Source of the DNA: Candidatus Latescibacterota bacterium
Lineage (GTDB): Bacteria; Latescibacterota; UBA2968; GCA-2709665
Assembly (NCBI GenBank): GCA_965237675.1
Contig: OZ250150.1
Coordinates: 3,008,001-3,072,000, forward strand
Direction of reading: 5' to 3'
DNA length: 64,000 nucleotides
Part shown: positions 20,851-30,944 of the stretch, in pieces
Layout of the letters: each line of letters begins with the position of its first letter
Numbering within the stretch: the stretch's first letter is position 1
Program-made: the position numbers and the translations under genes
The notes under the pieces: generated by a model
Told to the model about the DNA's origin: nothing
The model's database searches: none
Seen by the model: the letters and a program-made list of their open reading frames with translations, nothing else

Positions 20851-22085
20851 TCGCTGAAAACCTCACTCGCCCCGGAGAGGGGACCATCGACGCGCTCTCC
20901 GGCTTTCATCACGCGTCGGACCTCCCGCAAATACGCCACTTCCTCCAGGGGATTCCCATCCACGGCGATCAGGTCCGCCAGGTAGCCCGGCGCGAGACGC
21001 CCCAGGCGATCGGCCATCCCGAGCATCTCGGCCGTATTCGTCGTCACGGCCTTGATTACGTCGGTGGTTGAAACGCCGAGGTCCGCAAGCGCTCTCGCCT
21101 CCCGCCACAACGTCGCGTGGGTGCTGTCGGTTCCCAGGCAGACCTTCACCCCGGCGCGTACGGCGTCGGGCAGGTAGCGCGCCGTGTGTTCCCGCGCGCG
21201 CTCCACGCGCCGCCGCCACCAATCCAGGTTCCAGGTCCCGAAGGATTCGAATCCGACCTCCCGGTCGAAGAACAGTTGAAGATTGGGATCGCTCAGGTAC
21301 GCGCCGGACTTCAGGAACCGCTCCACGTCTTCTGCCTCGAGCAGATTGGCGTGTTCGATGCTGTCGATCCCCGATTCCAACGCCCATCGCATGGCGGGTC
21401 CGCCGATCGCGTGGGCGGCGACCGGAATGCCCAGGTCGTGCGAGGCGCCGATGGCCGCCTCGATCTCTTTCCTGGAATAGGCCGCCACGTCCGTCAGGTC
21501 ACCCTGGAGATAATCCTCGAACGTATCGCCGTCTCTCACGTTGGTGATAAAGAGCTTCGTCCAATCCGCGCCCTGCGACACGTTCTCCCGGATCCGGGCG
21601 TCCAGTTCCGCCCGGCCGTCGGCCGGAAAAGACAGAAAGGGTGCTGTGCCCCTTGTCGGACGTAGCGCCCGTACACATACCCTCAGCCGGGGGCCCACGG
21701 CCTCTTTTCGTTCGATCGCCTCCTGGAAGGGTTTTTCGACGCCCGGACGGTCTCCAAGCGTCCGCATCGTGGTCACGCCAGTGGCCAGGTCGCTCCTGAG
21801 GTTCATTGCCCCCCGCAGAACCGCGGTTGTCGGATCCAGTTCGAAGTGGGCGTTCAGCGGAACGCGGAAGCGGTTGTTGGCCGTAATGTGGGCATGGGAG
21901 TCGATCAGGGCCGGCATCACCGTCCACGAAGACCAGTCCAGCGTTTCCCACGTCGGATCCACGTTCAGGGCCGCCGGCGCTCCCGCGCCCAGAATACGCT
22001 CACCATCAAGTATCACGATCCCGCCCGGCATGGGTGGCGCGTCCGGGTCGACGATAAGCAGCTTCGATCTGATGAGGGTCGGCAT
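20847..22085 (-). CDS. metal-dependent amidohydrolase
   Basis: PALIDSHAH, GVTTMR, AAHA, IEHA, GTDS, ADLIAVDGNP. Confidence 0.92.
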   Translation of the reverse strand: MPTLIRSKLLIVDPDAPPMPGGIVILDGERILGAGAPAALNVDPTWETLDWSSWTVMPALIDSHAHITANNRFRVPLNAHFELDPTTAVLRGAMNLRSDLATGVTTMRTLGDRPGVEKPFQEAIERKEAVGPRLRVCVRALRPTRGTAPFLSFPADGRAELDARIRENVSQGADWTKLFITNVRDGDTFEDYLQGDLTDVAAYSRKEIEAAIGASHDLGIPVAAHAIGGPAMRWALESGIDSIEHANLLEAEDVERFLKSGAYLSDPNLQLFFDREVGFESFGTWNLDWWRRRVERAREHTARYLPDAVRAGVKVCLGTDSTHATLWREARALADLGVSTTDVIKAVTTNTAEMLGMADRLGRLAPGYLADLIAVDGNPLEEVAYLREVRRVMKAGERVDGPLSGASEVFSD

Positions 22086-22124
22086 GGGCGGGTCGGTGTG
22101 TGTTTCGAATATCGACAGTTGGCG

Positions 22125-23063
22125 TCAAACGCGGACCAGTTTGCGGAAACTGCGCATTTCTCTGGGCGGATCCAACCGCGAACCGAACGCGCTCCAGGAC
22201 ACTTCTCCAACGTAGATATCCCCGCGGGAGTCCACCGCCAACCCGTGGGGGGCCGTGAACTGACCGGGACTCTCGCCGGACATCGTGTCGCCCAGCCTGC
22301 CCAGACGCCTGCCCGACAGATCGTGAATGCTCACGCACGAGCCCACGTTGGGATAGGTTGCGTTGACGTCGAGTTGCGTCGGCAGTTGTCCGACGTAGAC
22401 GAGGTCTCCGTCGATATGCAGGCCGCAGGGTCGGTGAAGGTTGTTCCACTGCGTGACGTAGTTGCCCTCGGCATCGAACACCTGCACCCGATGGTTTTCC
22501 CGGTCGGCGATATAGACCGACCCATGGCTGTCCGTGCAAACGCTGTGCACCAGATTGAACTGCCCCGGATCCGTGCCGAAGTCTCCCCATGAGAACAGGT
22601 GTTCCCCATCGGCGGAGAACTTGTGCACCCTTGCGTTGCCGTAACCATCTGAAATATAGAGATCTCCGGTTGCAGGATCGAAGGCCGCCTTGGTCGGTTG
22701 GTTGAACGGTATCCCGCTCTGAGCCGGCGCGCCCGTCCCGGGAGTGCCGATCACCATCAGCACCTCGCCTTCGAGCGTGCACTTGCGAACGCAATGCCCC
22801 TGGTCGTCCACGCAATAGAGCATCCCGTCGGGACCCAGGGTCAGGCCGTGGGGGCGCGTGAACAACCCTTCACCCCAGGACGCCAGGAATCGCCCGTCGC
22901 GGTCGAATACGATGACCGGATGATCTCCCCGGTTGAACACGTACACCCGGTCGTTGGAATCCACCACTATATCCACCACCTCTTTGAATCGCCAGCCGTC
23001 GGGCAAACCCGCCCAATCGGATAATTCCTCATATTTGTATTCGCCGCTGCCGAGACGAGCCAT
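22125..23063 (-). CDS. NHL-repeat protein (peptidyl-alpha-hydroxyglycine lyase-like)
   Basis: PHGL, ISDGYGNARV, ADRENHRVQVF, GQF..PHG repeats. Confidence 0.88.
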   Translation of the reverse strand: MARLGSGEYKYEELSDWAGLPDGWRFKEVVDIVVDSNDRVYVFNRGDHPVIVFDRDGRFLASWGEGLFTRPHGLTLGPDGMLYCVDDQGHCVRKCTLEGEVLMVIGTPGTGAPAQSGIPFNQPTKAAFDPATGDLYISDGYGNARVHKFSADGEHLFSWGDFGTDPGQFNLVHSVCTDSHGSVYIADRENHRVQVFDAEGNYVTQWNNLHRPCGLHIDGDLVYVGQLPTQLDVNATYPNVGSCVSIHDLSGRRLGRLGDTMSGESPGQFTAPHGLAVDSRGDIYVGEVSWSAFGSRLDPPREMRSFRKLVRV

Positions 23064-23471
23064 AGGGCACCCCTTTTGCCGTGGTTATTGGATGGACAGC
23101 CCGCGCAGGGGCCGCCTGCGGGAACCATGCGGTTCCGCGATGGTCCGTGGATTTCATCTCCGATTCGGTCGGTGTCCAGTATACGCCTCCGCATTCCGGC
23201 CTGTCAACAGGAACGCGCGCCCCCGGTGCCGGGCCCGCGTGCAGCCCGAAAGCGTGTGTCATCCGTTTGCCGTGCACAATTTTCTTGTCTGTGTCCAGTC
23301 ACCGGGCTATCTTTTGTCGCACCACGATCGAACCGTCTCCGCGGTAGGGGAGAACGCCGGAGGACATCCGTCTTCGCGCCCGGCCCCCGTCCCGTCCTGA
23401 TTCGGCCGACCGCGCTTGCGCTCACCAACAACGCATTGAACGGTCTGAGCACGATCGGAGAAAGCGAACCC

Positions 23472-23795
23472 ATGGACATATCTCCCGTACAGGTTGCCTT
23501 CCGCGGTTTTCAGTACGACCTCTCCCGTGTGCGTATCCTGAACTGCATCCAGAAGGCGCTGAATGCCGGGAAATTGAAGCGTCCCGCTTTCACGCGTTGG
23601 CCCGGGGGTGAACCGATCACCGTCCACATCGGCGAAACCCACCTGACGAATTGGAGGCGCCAGTATGAAGAAGGCGCGAAAGTCGACATCCCCACAGGCG
23701 CGGGGGAAACACTGGACGAGATTCTCGGCGTACACCGACCCTGGCCAGATCAGCGGTGTAAATCTCCTCACCGCACAGGAGACAGCAACCGGTAA
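23472..23795 (+). CDS. hypothetical protein
   Basis: ATG-started 107-aa ORF filling an intergenic gap; no motif recognised. Confidence 0.4.
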   Translation: MDISPVQVAFRGFQYDLSRVRILNCIQKALNAGKLKRPAFTRWPGGEPITVHIGETHLTNWRRQYEEGAKVDIPTGAGETLDEILGVHRPWPDQRCKSPHRTGDSNR

Positions 23796-23960
23796 TTCCG
23801 CTCATCCCGACAGGGAGCCGGAAGTCGGCTCCCGTCACTGTTCGGCATCCGGGGATTGCACGCCCGCCAGAACGAAGCCAGCGCGTTTTCTTCGAATATC
23901 GTCGTCAGTTATGGGGGATGGCCGTACCGGAGAACGCTCGACCCGGAAAAGGAGTCTGCA

Positions 23961-24770
23961 ATGGACGACGAAGAGAGATATTTCTTTGATCTCAATGGCT
24001 ATCTCGTCGTTGAGAACGCCCTCTCCTCAGGGGAGGTTGCCGCGTGCAACGAAGCCATAGACCGGAACGCCCACCGGATTCGTGAACGGCCCGAAGAACA
24101 ATCCCTCTCGGGTCAATCCAAAATGCTCAAGGGTCAGCAGGGTCGCGGCGATCTCGGAGGCATGCTCACGTGGCCGAAACCCTGGTGCCAGCCCTTCAGG
24201 GATCTCCTGGTACATCCCGGTATCGTACCGCACCTCACGGAACTGTTGCGCGAGGGTTTCCGCCTGGATCATCTTTACGGCATCATCATGCGCAAGGGTA
24301 CGGAGGGACACGTGCTTCACGGCGGCGGCACCACCGACGACCTGACCCATTTCTACCAGTTCCACAATGGCAACATGCGTTGCGGCCTTACCGTTGTCTC
24401 CTGGATCCTTACCGACTGCGGCCACGGTGACGGTGGATTCGCCTGCATTCCCGGGAGCCACAAATCCAACTACCCGACCCCGCGGGGCGTGACCCTGCTG
24501 GATAGAGACATCGGCGTGGTCCGGCAGGTGGAAGCGAAGGCGGGATCGGCCGTCATTTTCACCGAAGCCCTCACACACGGTACGATGCCCTGGGCGGCCG
24601 CCCATCAGCGGCGTTCCATTCTGTACAAATACGCGCCCGGACCGCTGACCTACGCACGAACCTACCTGCCGCAGGGCGTTGAAGAGGTTCTGGAGGAATT
24701 CACGCCGCAACAGCGCGCCGTGCTGGAACCGCCGTACCGCCCGGCGCGCCCGGTCGTTTCGACCGGCTGA
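23961..24770 (+). CDS. phytanoyl-CoA dioxygenase family Fe(II)/2OG oxygenase
   Basis: FDLNGYLV, LHGG, IPGSHK, FTEALTHG, RRS; AGGAG RBS. Confidence 0.9.
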   Translation: MDDEERYFFDLNGYLVVENALSSGEVAACNEAIDRNAHRIRERPEEQSLSGQSKMLKGQQGRGDLGGMLTWPKPWCQPFRDLLVHPGIVPHLTELLREGFRLDHLYGIIMRKGTEGHVLHGGGTTDDLTHFYQFHNGNMRCGLTVVSWILTDCGHGDGGFACIPGSHKSNYPTPRGVTLLDRDIGVVRQVEAKAGSAVIFTEALTHGTMPWAAAHQRRSILYKYAPGPLTYARTYLPQGVEEVLEEFTPQQRAVLEPPYRPARPVVSTG

Positions 24771-24918
24771 CCCGCGGCATCCCGGCGGTTGCGGTACAGG
24801 GCGTCGTTTCGACATCCCCGCGAATCCGCATTGGCCCCAGGAAAAAGACCCCGGTCCTATTCGACCGGGGTCGGGAATGATCGCGAACTGCGCCAGGGCC
24901 GCGCTGCCGCCGATCTAC

Positions 24919-26070
24919 CTAGAGATAGTTCACGCCGTACCAGAGCGCCGGAATTGGAAACACCTCCGCCAGGATCTCGCCCGCCCGTCCTCCCGACTTC
25001 AGCAGCGCCTCCTCGGCTCCATCCAGCGTACCGAAAATCAGCTGCACCGCCGCCCCCTGGTCCGGCGCCACCAAACGGTCGCCACCATAGCAGAATATCA
25101 TTTCGTCTCCCTGCTCCTGAAAGACGAGGCTGTGCGCCTCGGTCTCTCCCACCACCTCGGCGAAGTAGGGTCGCATCCGTTCCATGAACTGGACGAAATT
25201 GATCAGTGTGACCGTCCCCGACGAATTGGCCGGCGCACCGGTAAGCCCTCTGCCCTGCAGGCAATCCTGGAACCACCGATCGCAGCCCATGACGTGGAGG
25301 TTGAGCGCCTGAAGGTCCAGCGCCCGGATCAGTTTTCCCATGGCGCCGGTCAGACACCGCCGGTCTCCCGCCGCCTCCTGCACCGGTATCCTGGTTTCGC
25401 CGTCGCGGGGCTGCTGTACAATCATATAGCCCCGTATCATCCCGGCTTCACGTACGTTGAACACCCGCGCGGGCCGGTTCATGACAAATCCGTTGAACGC
25501 GTGGGCGTAATCGGAAGGCGGCCGCATCCACCGTACGGGCTCCCCCCGGTACACCGACGCCATCGCGGGCACGTCGTCCGGGGAGGCTTCGACCAGTTCC
25601 ACGCCGGCGTCGTCGAAATCCCCGGCCTGTTCCGCCTTCAGAGAGAAGCTCCAGTCGCGCCCGACGTACCGGCACCCGAACCGGTGGTACATCTTGCGAT
25701 AACCGGATACCAGCATGAAGTCCACGCCGTCCTCCCTGCAGACCCGCATGGTGTCCTCAAACAGGGCGGTCGCGTACCCCTTGCCGCGGTGTTCTTCGTA
25801 CGTGGCCACACCGCCGAGCGATGACGCGCGCACTGTACAACCGAATATGGACGCGTTCCGCCGGAGCGCGCCGATGTGCGAGACGACGTGCCCGTCCGCC
25901 ACCACCACACGCATTTCACCGGCATGGGCCGGCGTGTAAAAGTGCGGGTACTCCTCCGCCAGGCCCGGCCGGAACACGGTTCCGACCAGTTCGCAAAGAC
26001 TCTCGAATTCATCCGGATGCAGGCTCCGCATCCCATCGCGCCACGAGGGTTGGGGGTCGTTGGGCATCAT
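24919..26070 (-). CDS. GNAT acetyltransferase (Eis-like)
   Basis: LGGVATYEEHRGKGYA acetyl-CoA motif, MYHRFG. Confidence 0.85.
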   Translation of the reverse strand: MMPNDPQPSWRDGMRSLHPDEFESLCELVGTVFRPGLAEEYPHFYTPAHAGEMRVVVADGHVVSHIGALRRNASIFGCTVRASSLGGVATYEEHRGKGYATALFEDTMRVCREDGVDFMLVSGYRKMYHRFGCRYVGRDWSFSLKAEQAGDFDDAGVELVEASPDDVPAMASVYRGEPVRWMRPPSDYAHAFNGFVMNRPARVFNVREAGMIRGYMIVQQPRDGETRIPVQEAAGDRRCLTGAMGKLIRALDLQALNLHVMGCDRWFQDCLQGRGLTGAPANSSGTVTLINFVQFMERMRPYFAEVVGETEAHSLVFQEQGDEMIFCYGGDRLVAPDQGAAVQLIFGTLDGAEEALLKSGGRAGEILAEVFPIPALWYGVNYL

Positions 26071-26199
26071 GGCCTCCTTGAATCACGGAACCGGCGCTTT
26101 CTGACGCGTCAGTTCATGAGGTCGATCGAAATCTGAAGGTCGAACGGTTCGGGGAACCTCCAAACACGGGAAATCCGCGTCCGTTCCGGGCCACGGCGG

Positions 26200-27147
26200 T
26201 CAGGTTTCGTCCTGAACCATGAAACCCGGCACGCTGAAGTATCGTTCCGCCGAATCACAGATCACCGTTGCCACGCGTTTTCCTTCGCCTAAAGTTTCCG
26301 CCACCCGGAGCGCGGCCCAGACGTTCGCGCCCGCCGAGATACCGCTCAGGATTCCCTCCTCGGCCGCCAGCCGGCGCGCGGTCTCAAACGCGTCTTCGTC
26401 TGTTGCACAGATAACGCGGTCGTACACCTCACGGTTCAACACCTCCGGCACGAATCCTGCGCCGATGCCCTGAATGTTGTGAAGTCCCGGCTCTCCGCCC
26501 GACAGCACGCTGGACCGTTGCGGTTCCACGGCCACGATCAGCACATCGGGGAACTCCGCCTTGAGTACTTCGCCCACGCCCGTGATCGTACCGCCGGTAC
26601 CTACGCCTGCCACGAACGCGTCCAGCCGCCCATCCACCGCTTCCAGGATCTCACGCGCGGTGGTGCGGCGGTGGACCTCCGGATTCGCCGGATTGGCGAA
26701 CTGCTGCGGCATGAACGTCCCGGTAGGGGACTCCCGCGCGATGCGGACCGCTTCGTCCACCGCGCCCTGCATATCCTTCTCGCCCGGGGTCAGCACCACC
26801 TCGACGCCGAAACTCTGCAGCAGATCCCGCCGTTCCCGGCTCATGGAATCGGGCATCGTCAACAACAGCCGGTACCCTTTCGCCGCGGCCACCAGCGCCA
26901 GGCCGATGCCGGTATTCCCGCTGGTCGGCTCCACGATTGTCATGCCCGGCTTCAGGCTGCCGTCCCGTTCCGCCGCCTCGACCATCGCGTCCGCAATCCG
27001 GTCTTTCACCGAAGCCACGGGGTTGGAGGCCTCGATTTTAACGGCCACCTCGGCCATGCCCGGTTCCACGAGCCGGTTCAGCCGCACCATCGGCGTCTCG
27101 CCGATCAGTTCCAGAATGTCGTCCACCACCGCGTTGGCCGATGGCAT
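26200..27147 (-). CDS. cysK: cysteine synthase A
   Basis: SVKDRIA PLP lysine, EPTSGNTG, GVGTGGT, IQGIGAGF. Confidence 0.95.
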   Translation of the reverse strand: MPSANAVVDDILELIGETPMVRLNRLVEPGMAEVAVKIEASNPVASVKDRIADAMVEAAERDGSLKPGMTIVEPTSGNTGIGLALVAAAKGYRLLLTMPDSMSRERRDLLQSFGVEVVLTPGEKDMQGAVDEAVRIARESPTGTFMPQQFANPANPEVHRRTTAREILEAVDGRLDAFVAGVGTGGTITGVGEVLKAEFPDVLIVAVEPQRSSVLSGGEPGLHNIQGIGAGFVPEVLNREVYDRVICATDEDAFETARRLAAEEGILSGISAGANVWAALRVAETLGEGKRVATVICDSAERYFSVPGFMVQDET

Positions 27148-27222
27148 ATCGTTCCTTTCGAACGCGTCAACCAGGTCCCATCAACGCCCGTGATCGGGCA
27201 ATCTCAAGCACACCATATCCAT

Positions 27223-27684
27223 CTATCCCACGTCGCCGGCACACTCCCCGCGGGTTTCCACGGCCTCGATCGCCATGTTCCCGAGCCGCCGGATGTCCTC
27301 AGCGATCGTTTCGTCCTCCAGGTCCGCCGGACCGCACCACCGGTAGCCCTCCGCCTCGGAGGCGGCCACCTTCAGACTGCCGCCGGTCACCCGCGCGAAA
27401 TAGATCAGGTCGATGTGCTGGTGATCGGGCGAGATCTGTTCCAGGAGAATACATTCGGGCCGGCTCAGCACCTCCACGGTCCCCATCGGGTACCTCGGCG
27501 AAAGGAGGGCCACCTCCAGGCCGCACTCCTCCCGCACCTCGCGGACCGCCGCATCGCACGGCAGTTCGTCCTCATCGATGTGCCCGCCCGGCGGAAGCCA
27601 CAGCCGGAGCCGCTTATGGAATAGCAACAACGTCCTGCCGTCCTGAACGACGAACGTGGTTGCCGTAAAGTCTCGTGTGGTCAT
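27223..27684 (-). CDS. NUDIX hydrolase
   Basis: GGHIDEDELPCDAAVREVREECGL Nudix box. Confidence 0.92.
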   Translation of the reverse strand: MTTRDFTATTFVVQDGRTLLLFHKRLRLWLPPGGHIDEDELPCDAAVREVREECGLEVALLSPRYPMGTVEVLSRPECILLEQISPDHQHIDLIYFARVTGGSLKVAASEAEGYRWCGPADLEDETIAEDIRRLGNMAIEAVETRGECAGDVG

Positions 27685-27731
27685 CCTTTTGAATATACCG
27701 CGCGCTACGGCGGGGGACAAACCCTAAAATG

Positions 27732-28165
27732 ACTGTGATTAACATGATTAAGCCAGGATTAACTGTGATTAAGGCAGATGCGGGGACAGGAGAAACGAGC
27801 GAAATCCGATTTTCCATGTGAGTCAATTAAACAAAGCCCGACAGGTCTGCGACTAATTCACGATTGACTTACATGGATGGACAGGATGAACAGGATGGAA
27901 ACCATGAACTGCAAGACCGGTGTCCGCTGATTAACTCTGCTGAAAAGAAGACTTCCCGGAGCCGTTGGGGACTCACGGGAAATTCTCAAACCAACACCGA
28001 CAAACGTGGATCTACAGGGTATACTGTCAATTAGCCATAGGTCACGCGACTAATGTATTTTGTGTGATTAGGTAAACCGGTTGGACACGGTGGACAGGGT
28101 GTAATCGCGATCTGCGCGACGTTTCGCTTCTTGGTCTTTATCCTGTCTATCGTGGGCATCCATGT
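27732..28165. repeat. cluster of 9-nt-periodic repeats (TGATTA.. family and CATGGAT..ACAGGAT family)
   Basis: ACTGTGATTAACATGATTAA at 27733; ACATGGATGGACAGGATGAACAGGAT at 27871; inverted copy 28140-28165. Confidence 0.8.
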
Positions 28166-28209
28166 AAAGTTGGGTTTTGCTCTCGATGGTGGGCGTCGTC
28201 AATCCAGGT

Positions 28210-28590
28210 TTACCAGATGGTCTGTGAATAGAACGCCTGGATTATTGAATCGGAGGTGACGATGGGGCAGGCGTTCAGGCTGGCGGTCGCGACAATGATC
28301 CGATCGGCAGGGTCGCGATGGTCCCAGTCGAGTTCGAGGCTTTTGATCCAGGTCCGCGTGCATACGGGCAGGATATCGATACGGTCGACTTGCTCCAGTT
28401 TATCCGTGAATTCCTGAATCGAAACCGGAATTAGTAGCTGTTCCTTCTTAACTTTAATACCGATTTCCCATATCGATATGGCGCTCAGGGCGATCCTGTC
28501 GGCGTCCGAGATCGCCTGTTCGGCAGCCTGAGACAGCCGATCCGGATCCAGTGTCCAGAACACAAGGGCCGAAGTGTCCAAAAGGACCAT
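28210..28590 (-). CDS. vapC: PIN-domain VapC toxin
   Basis: LLDTSALVFW, SAISIWEI, HRDPADRIIVAT, TSD. Confidence 0.92.
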   Translation of the reverse strand: MVLLDTSALVFWTLDPDRLSQAAEQAISDADRIALSAISIWEIGIKVKKEQLLIPVSIQEFTDKLEQVDRIDILPVCTRTWIKSLELDWDHRDPADRIIVATASLNACPIVTSDSIIQAFYSQTIW

Positions 28591-28820
28591 CACAGGTCAG
28601 TCCATTCATCGGTGGTTGGCAAATTGATGTCTTCGCGATAGATCGCGCCCCCTTGAATGGCGCCGAACACGTCTTCCACGGTCTTTTTTCGTTCAATAGG
28701 CTGAATGCGCAAAACCGGCCGCCTTCGATCCGTGACAATCAGTTCTTCGCCGGTTTTCTCAAGCTCGCGAAAGATGCGGAGCATATTGGCTTTCAACTTG
28801 CTCTTCGAAATGGATTGCAC
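28590..28820 (-). CDS. Phd/YefM-family antitoxin
   Basis: ISKSKLKAN..GEELIVTDRRRP; TGATG coupling to the toxin start. Confidence 0.88.
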   Translation of the reverse strand: MQSISKSKLKANMLRIFRELEKTGEELIVTDRRRPVLRIQPIERKKTVEDVFGAIQGGAIYREDINLPTTDEWTDL

Positions 28821-28841
28821 GTGTTCTCCTCGACTGAATTA

Positions 28842-28895
28842 AATGACTGTGGTTATAACTATAGTCATTATACTCAAAAACAAATATCCTGTCAA
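28842..28895 (-). promoter_or_regulatory. consensus sigma70 promoter plus palindromic TA operator
   Basis: TTGACA(28895-28890)-17 nt-TATAAT(28872-28867); inverted repeat AATGACT.T.GTTA/TAAC.A.AGTCATT at 28842-28869. Confidence 0.85.
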
Positions 28896-28900
28896 TAGAA

Positions 28901-29475
28901 CCGACAGGACGTGACTGTAATTACCGTGATAATTTCACATGGATATACAGGATGAACAGGATCTTCTTTGATTTAGGCATGGGTCACGCGACCACCGTGA
29001 GTCGTGTACACTCACTCGCGTAGCCGGAACTTGATCTCGGAGATTGAAGCCGTCTCGAGGAACGACTCCAATTCCTTCTTCAAGTTTTCCTTGGACTCGG
29101 CAATGGTTTTTCCCTGGCTCGCGATGTCCAACTCGGGGCAGAGAGCAACGTACCCATTGCCGACGCGCTCGATAATTGCCGTCAACTGCCTGCTCATCAC
29201 CGACTCCCGCATTTCCGATTCAAAGAATCAACTATGGATATACAGGATGCACGGGATAATACTGTGATTACCGTGATTAAACTATGATTGCGCTGATTAA
29301 GGCAACTGCGGGGACAGAGAACACGAGCGAAATCCGACTTGGCATCTGAAACACGGAAAAAAGCCTGTCAGTACTTTGATTAAGGTGAAATGTATGATTA
29401 CTGATTACCGTGATTAAGGCGCGTGGTCGGAAAAGGGCAACAGCGGAAATCCTGAGCATCATGTTAATCACAGTG
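28901..29475. repeat. second cluster of 9-nt-periodic repeats flanking hicB
   Basis: CATGGAT family at 28937 and 29234; TGATTA family at 28913, 29261, 29400, 29464; 50-bp segment 29295-29345 resembles 27767-27817. Confidence 0.75.
29012..29197 (-). CDS. hicB: HicB-family antitoxin, orphan and C-terminally degraded
   Basis: LTAIIER.G.GYVALCPELDIASQGKT..E...NL. Confidence 0.8.
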   Translation of the reverse strand: MSRQLTAIIERVGNGYVALCPELDIASQGKTIAESKENLKKELESFLETASISEIKFRLRE

Positions 29476-29485
29476 TCTGTGCTGT

Positions 29486-30109
29486 TCATCTATGTTTCTT
29501 GTCCTTTTTACGAGGATCGCCTGTCGATTGTTCCCATGATTTTGTGAAGGATTCGGGTTCGACCCCGAGCGCATCGGCCACGCGGTTGATATAGTTGAAA
29601 AAGCCGATGATCTGAACCGCGTCGTGGATGCCCTGATCGTCGAAGCCGTGCCCGCGCAAACCGTCTATATCGTCCGCCGTTGCAGCCCGCGGATCCAGGC
29701 TGAGCTTTTCCGCTAAGGCGCACAGTGCGCGGTCGGCGGGGGGCAGGTCGGCCCGGCGCCAGTCCGCGGCCAACTGATGCACCAGCCGGTCGGCCTCGTG
29801 GCCGTCTTCAACGCCGAAATCACTGGCGACCTCGGCACGGAGGTCGTGGGCGTGCGCGCGTATTCAGTACACGCAGTGATTCGTGGCTGATACCACAACG
29901 GCCAGCATCTCCCGCCGCGCGCGGCTGAGAGGGGAGGGGCCGTGCATCAGCACGCCATAGAAATCCAGCGAAGCCTTCATCGCGGGGGGGTTGGGGCTCA
30001 TGATAGAGACAATGCCCCAGATCCGTCCCGTGTGGGACATCGCGGCGTCGTATAGCTTCTTTAACAGGCCGGTGGCCTTATCTGGCGGGATGACGTCAAT
30101 AAAGGGCAT
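29486..30109 (-). CDS. AhpD/carboxymuconolactone decarboxylase-like selenoprotein (CxxU), copy 1
   Basis: Two in-frame ORFs joined by TGA at 29866-29864 in NHC-V-Y-U-IRAH; SECIS-like hairpin CGACCTC-CGTGCC-GAGGTCG follows; FNYINRVAD. Confidence 0.85.
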
Positions 30110-30174
30110 CTCGCGACCTCCTTCCCCACATGGATCAACATGGATTCGTCAACTTCGAAAACCCAAATCGACCT

Positions 30175-30300
30175 ACATGGATGGACAGGATGAACAGGAT
30201 GAAAACCGCAGGAAAAAACGAAAACAGAGAAAGCCACAAAAAGCACAAAAGACACAAAAAATGCGGCAAACCAAAACCGCTGAAAAAGGATGGATAGGAT
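30175..30300 (+). repeat. adjacent CATGGAT-family and CCACAAAAAG-family 9-nt-periodic repeats
   Basis: ACATGGATGGACAGGATGAACAGGAT 30175-30200; GCCACAAAAAGCACAAAAGACACAAAAA 30233-30260. Confidence 0.8.
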
Positions 30301-30944
30301 AAAAAGAAAAACAGACTCGCAAAACCAGTTCAAGCTGTGATTATTCTAATTGCCAGGTTCAGATCATCCATCGACGCCTTGACAATCGCTTTAAATATAC
30401 TATACTTATGTGCAGTATTGGGTTTGGTCTGCTTTGCGACTCTGTATTGTACCGCCATATCGAAGATACTTCTGTGCAGTACCGATTCACGATTAACGTA
30501 ATCGCCTATACTCTTATTTGAGACACTACCTAATGAGATATCGCCGGTCATTTCCACAGTTGACATTGACGTGACTTCCATTCATCTTTGCTGCCGGCGC
30601 AAAAGCAGACCTGTTATCGCGTATCGCGATTTAAGTACGGATGTCAGGTTACGGGATTAATTAGCCCATTCCTTCCCTGCGGTCTCGTCTGTATCCGCGC
30701 GGGGTCCCTCGCGACATGTTGAAGTGCCTGTAAGCCGGCCTCTTGACATTAGCCCCCTCTCCTTTGGATTTCAGAATGTTCTCAGGTTAACTGTGATTCT
30801 TGTAGTATAGCACTATTGCTTCTCGTTTGCTCGGCTCGTGAATATAACTCAAAGACCATCGGTCGGTGACAACAGAATCGTCCGGTTACGGACGTCGTCT
30901 CCAACAGGCATCCTTGGTAGGTTACATGGTCACGGAATTTGAAA

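Noticed and set aside
29012-29014. Possible selenocysteine TGA in hicB
   Set aside because: Position aligns with an acidic residue, not Cys, in the paralogue; more likely a nonsense mutation
30330-30581. 83-aa AT-rich ORF
   Set aside because: No recognisable motif or RBS; possibly a remnant, not supportable as a gene
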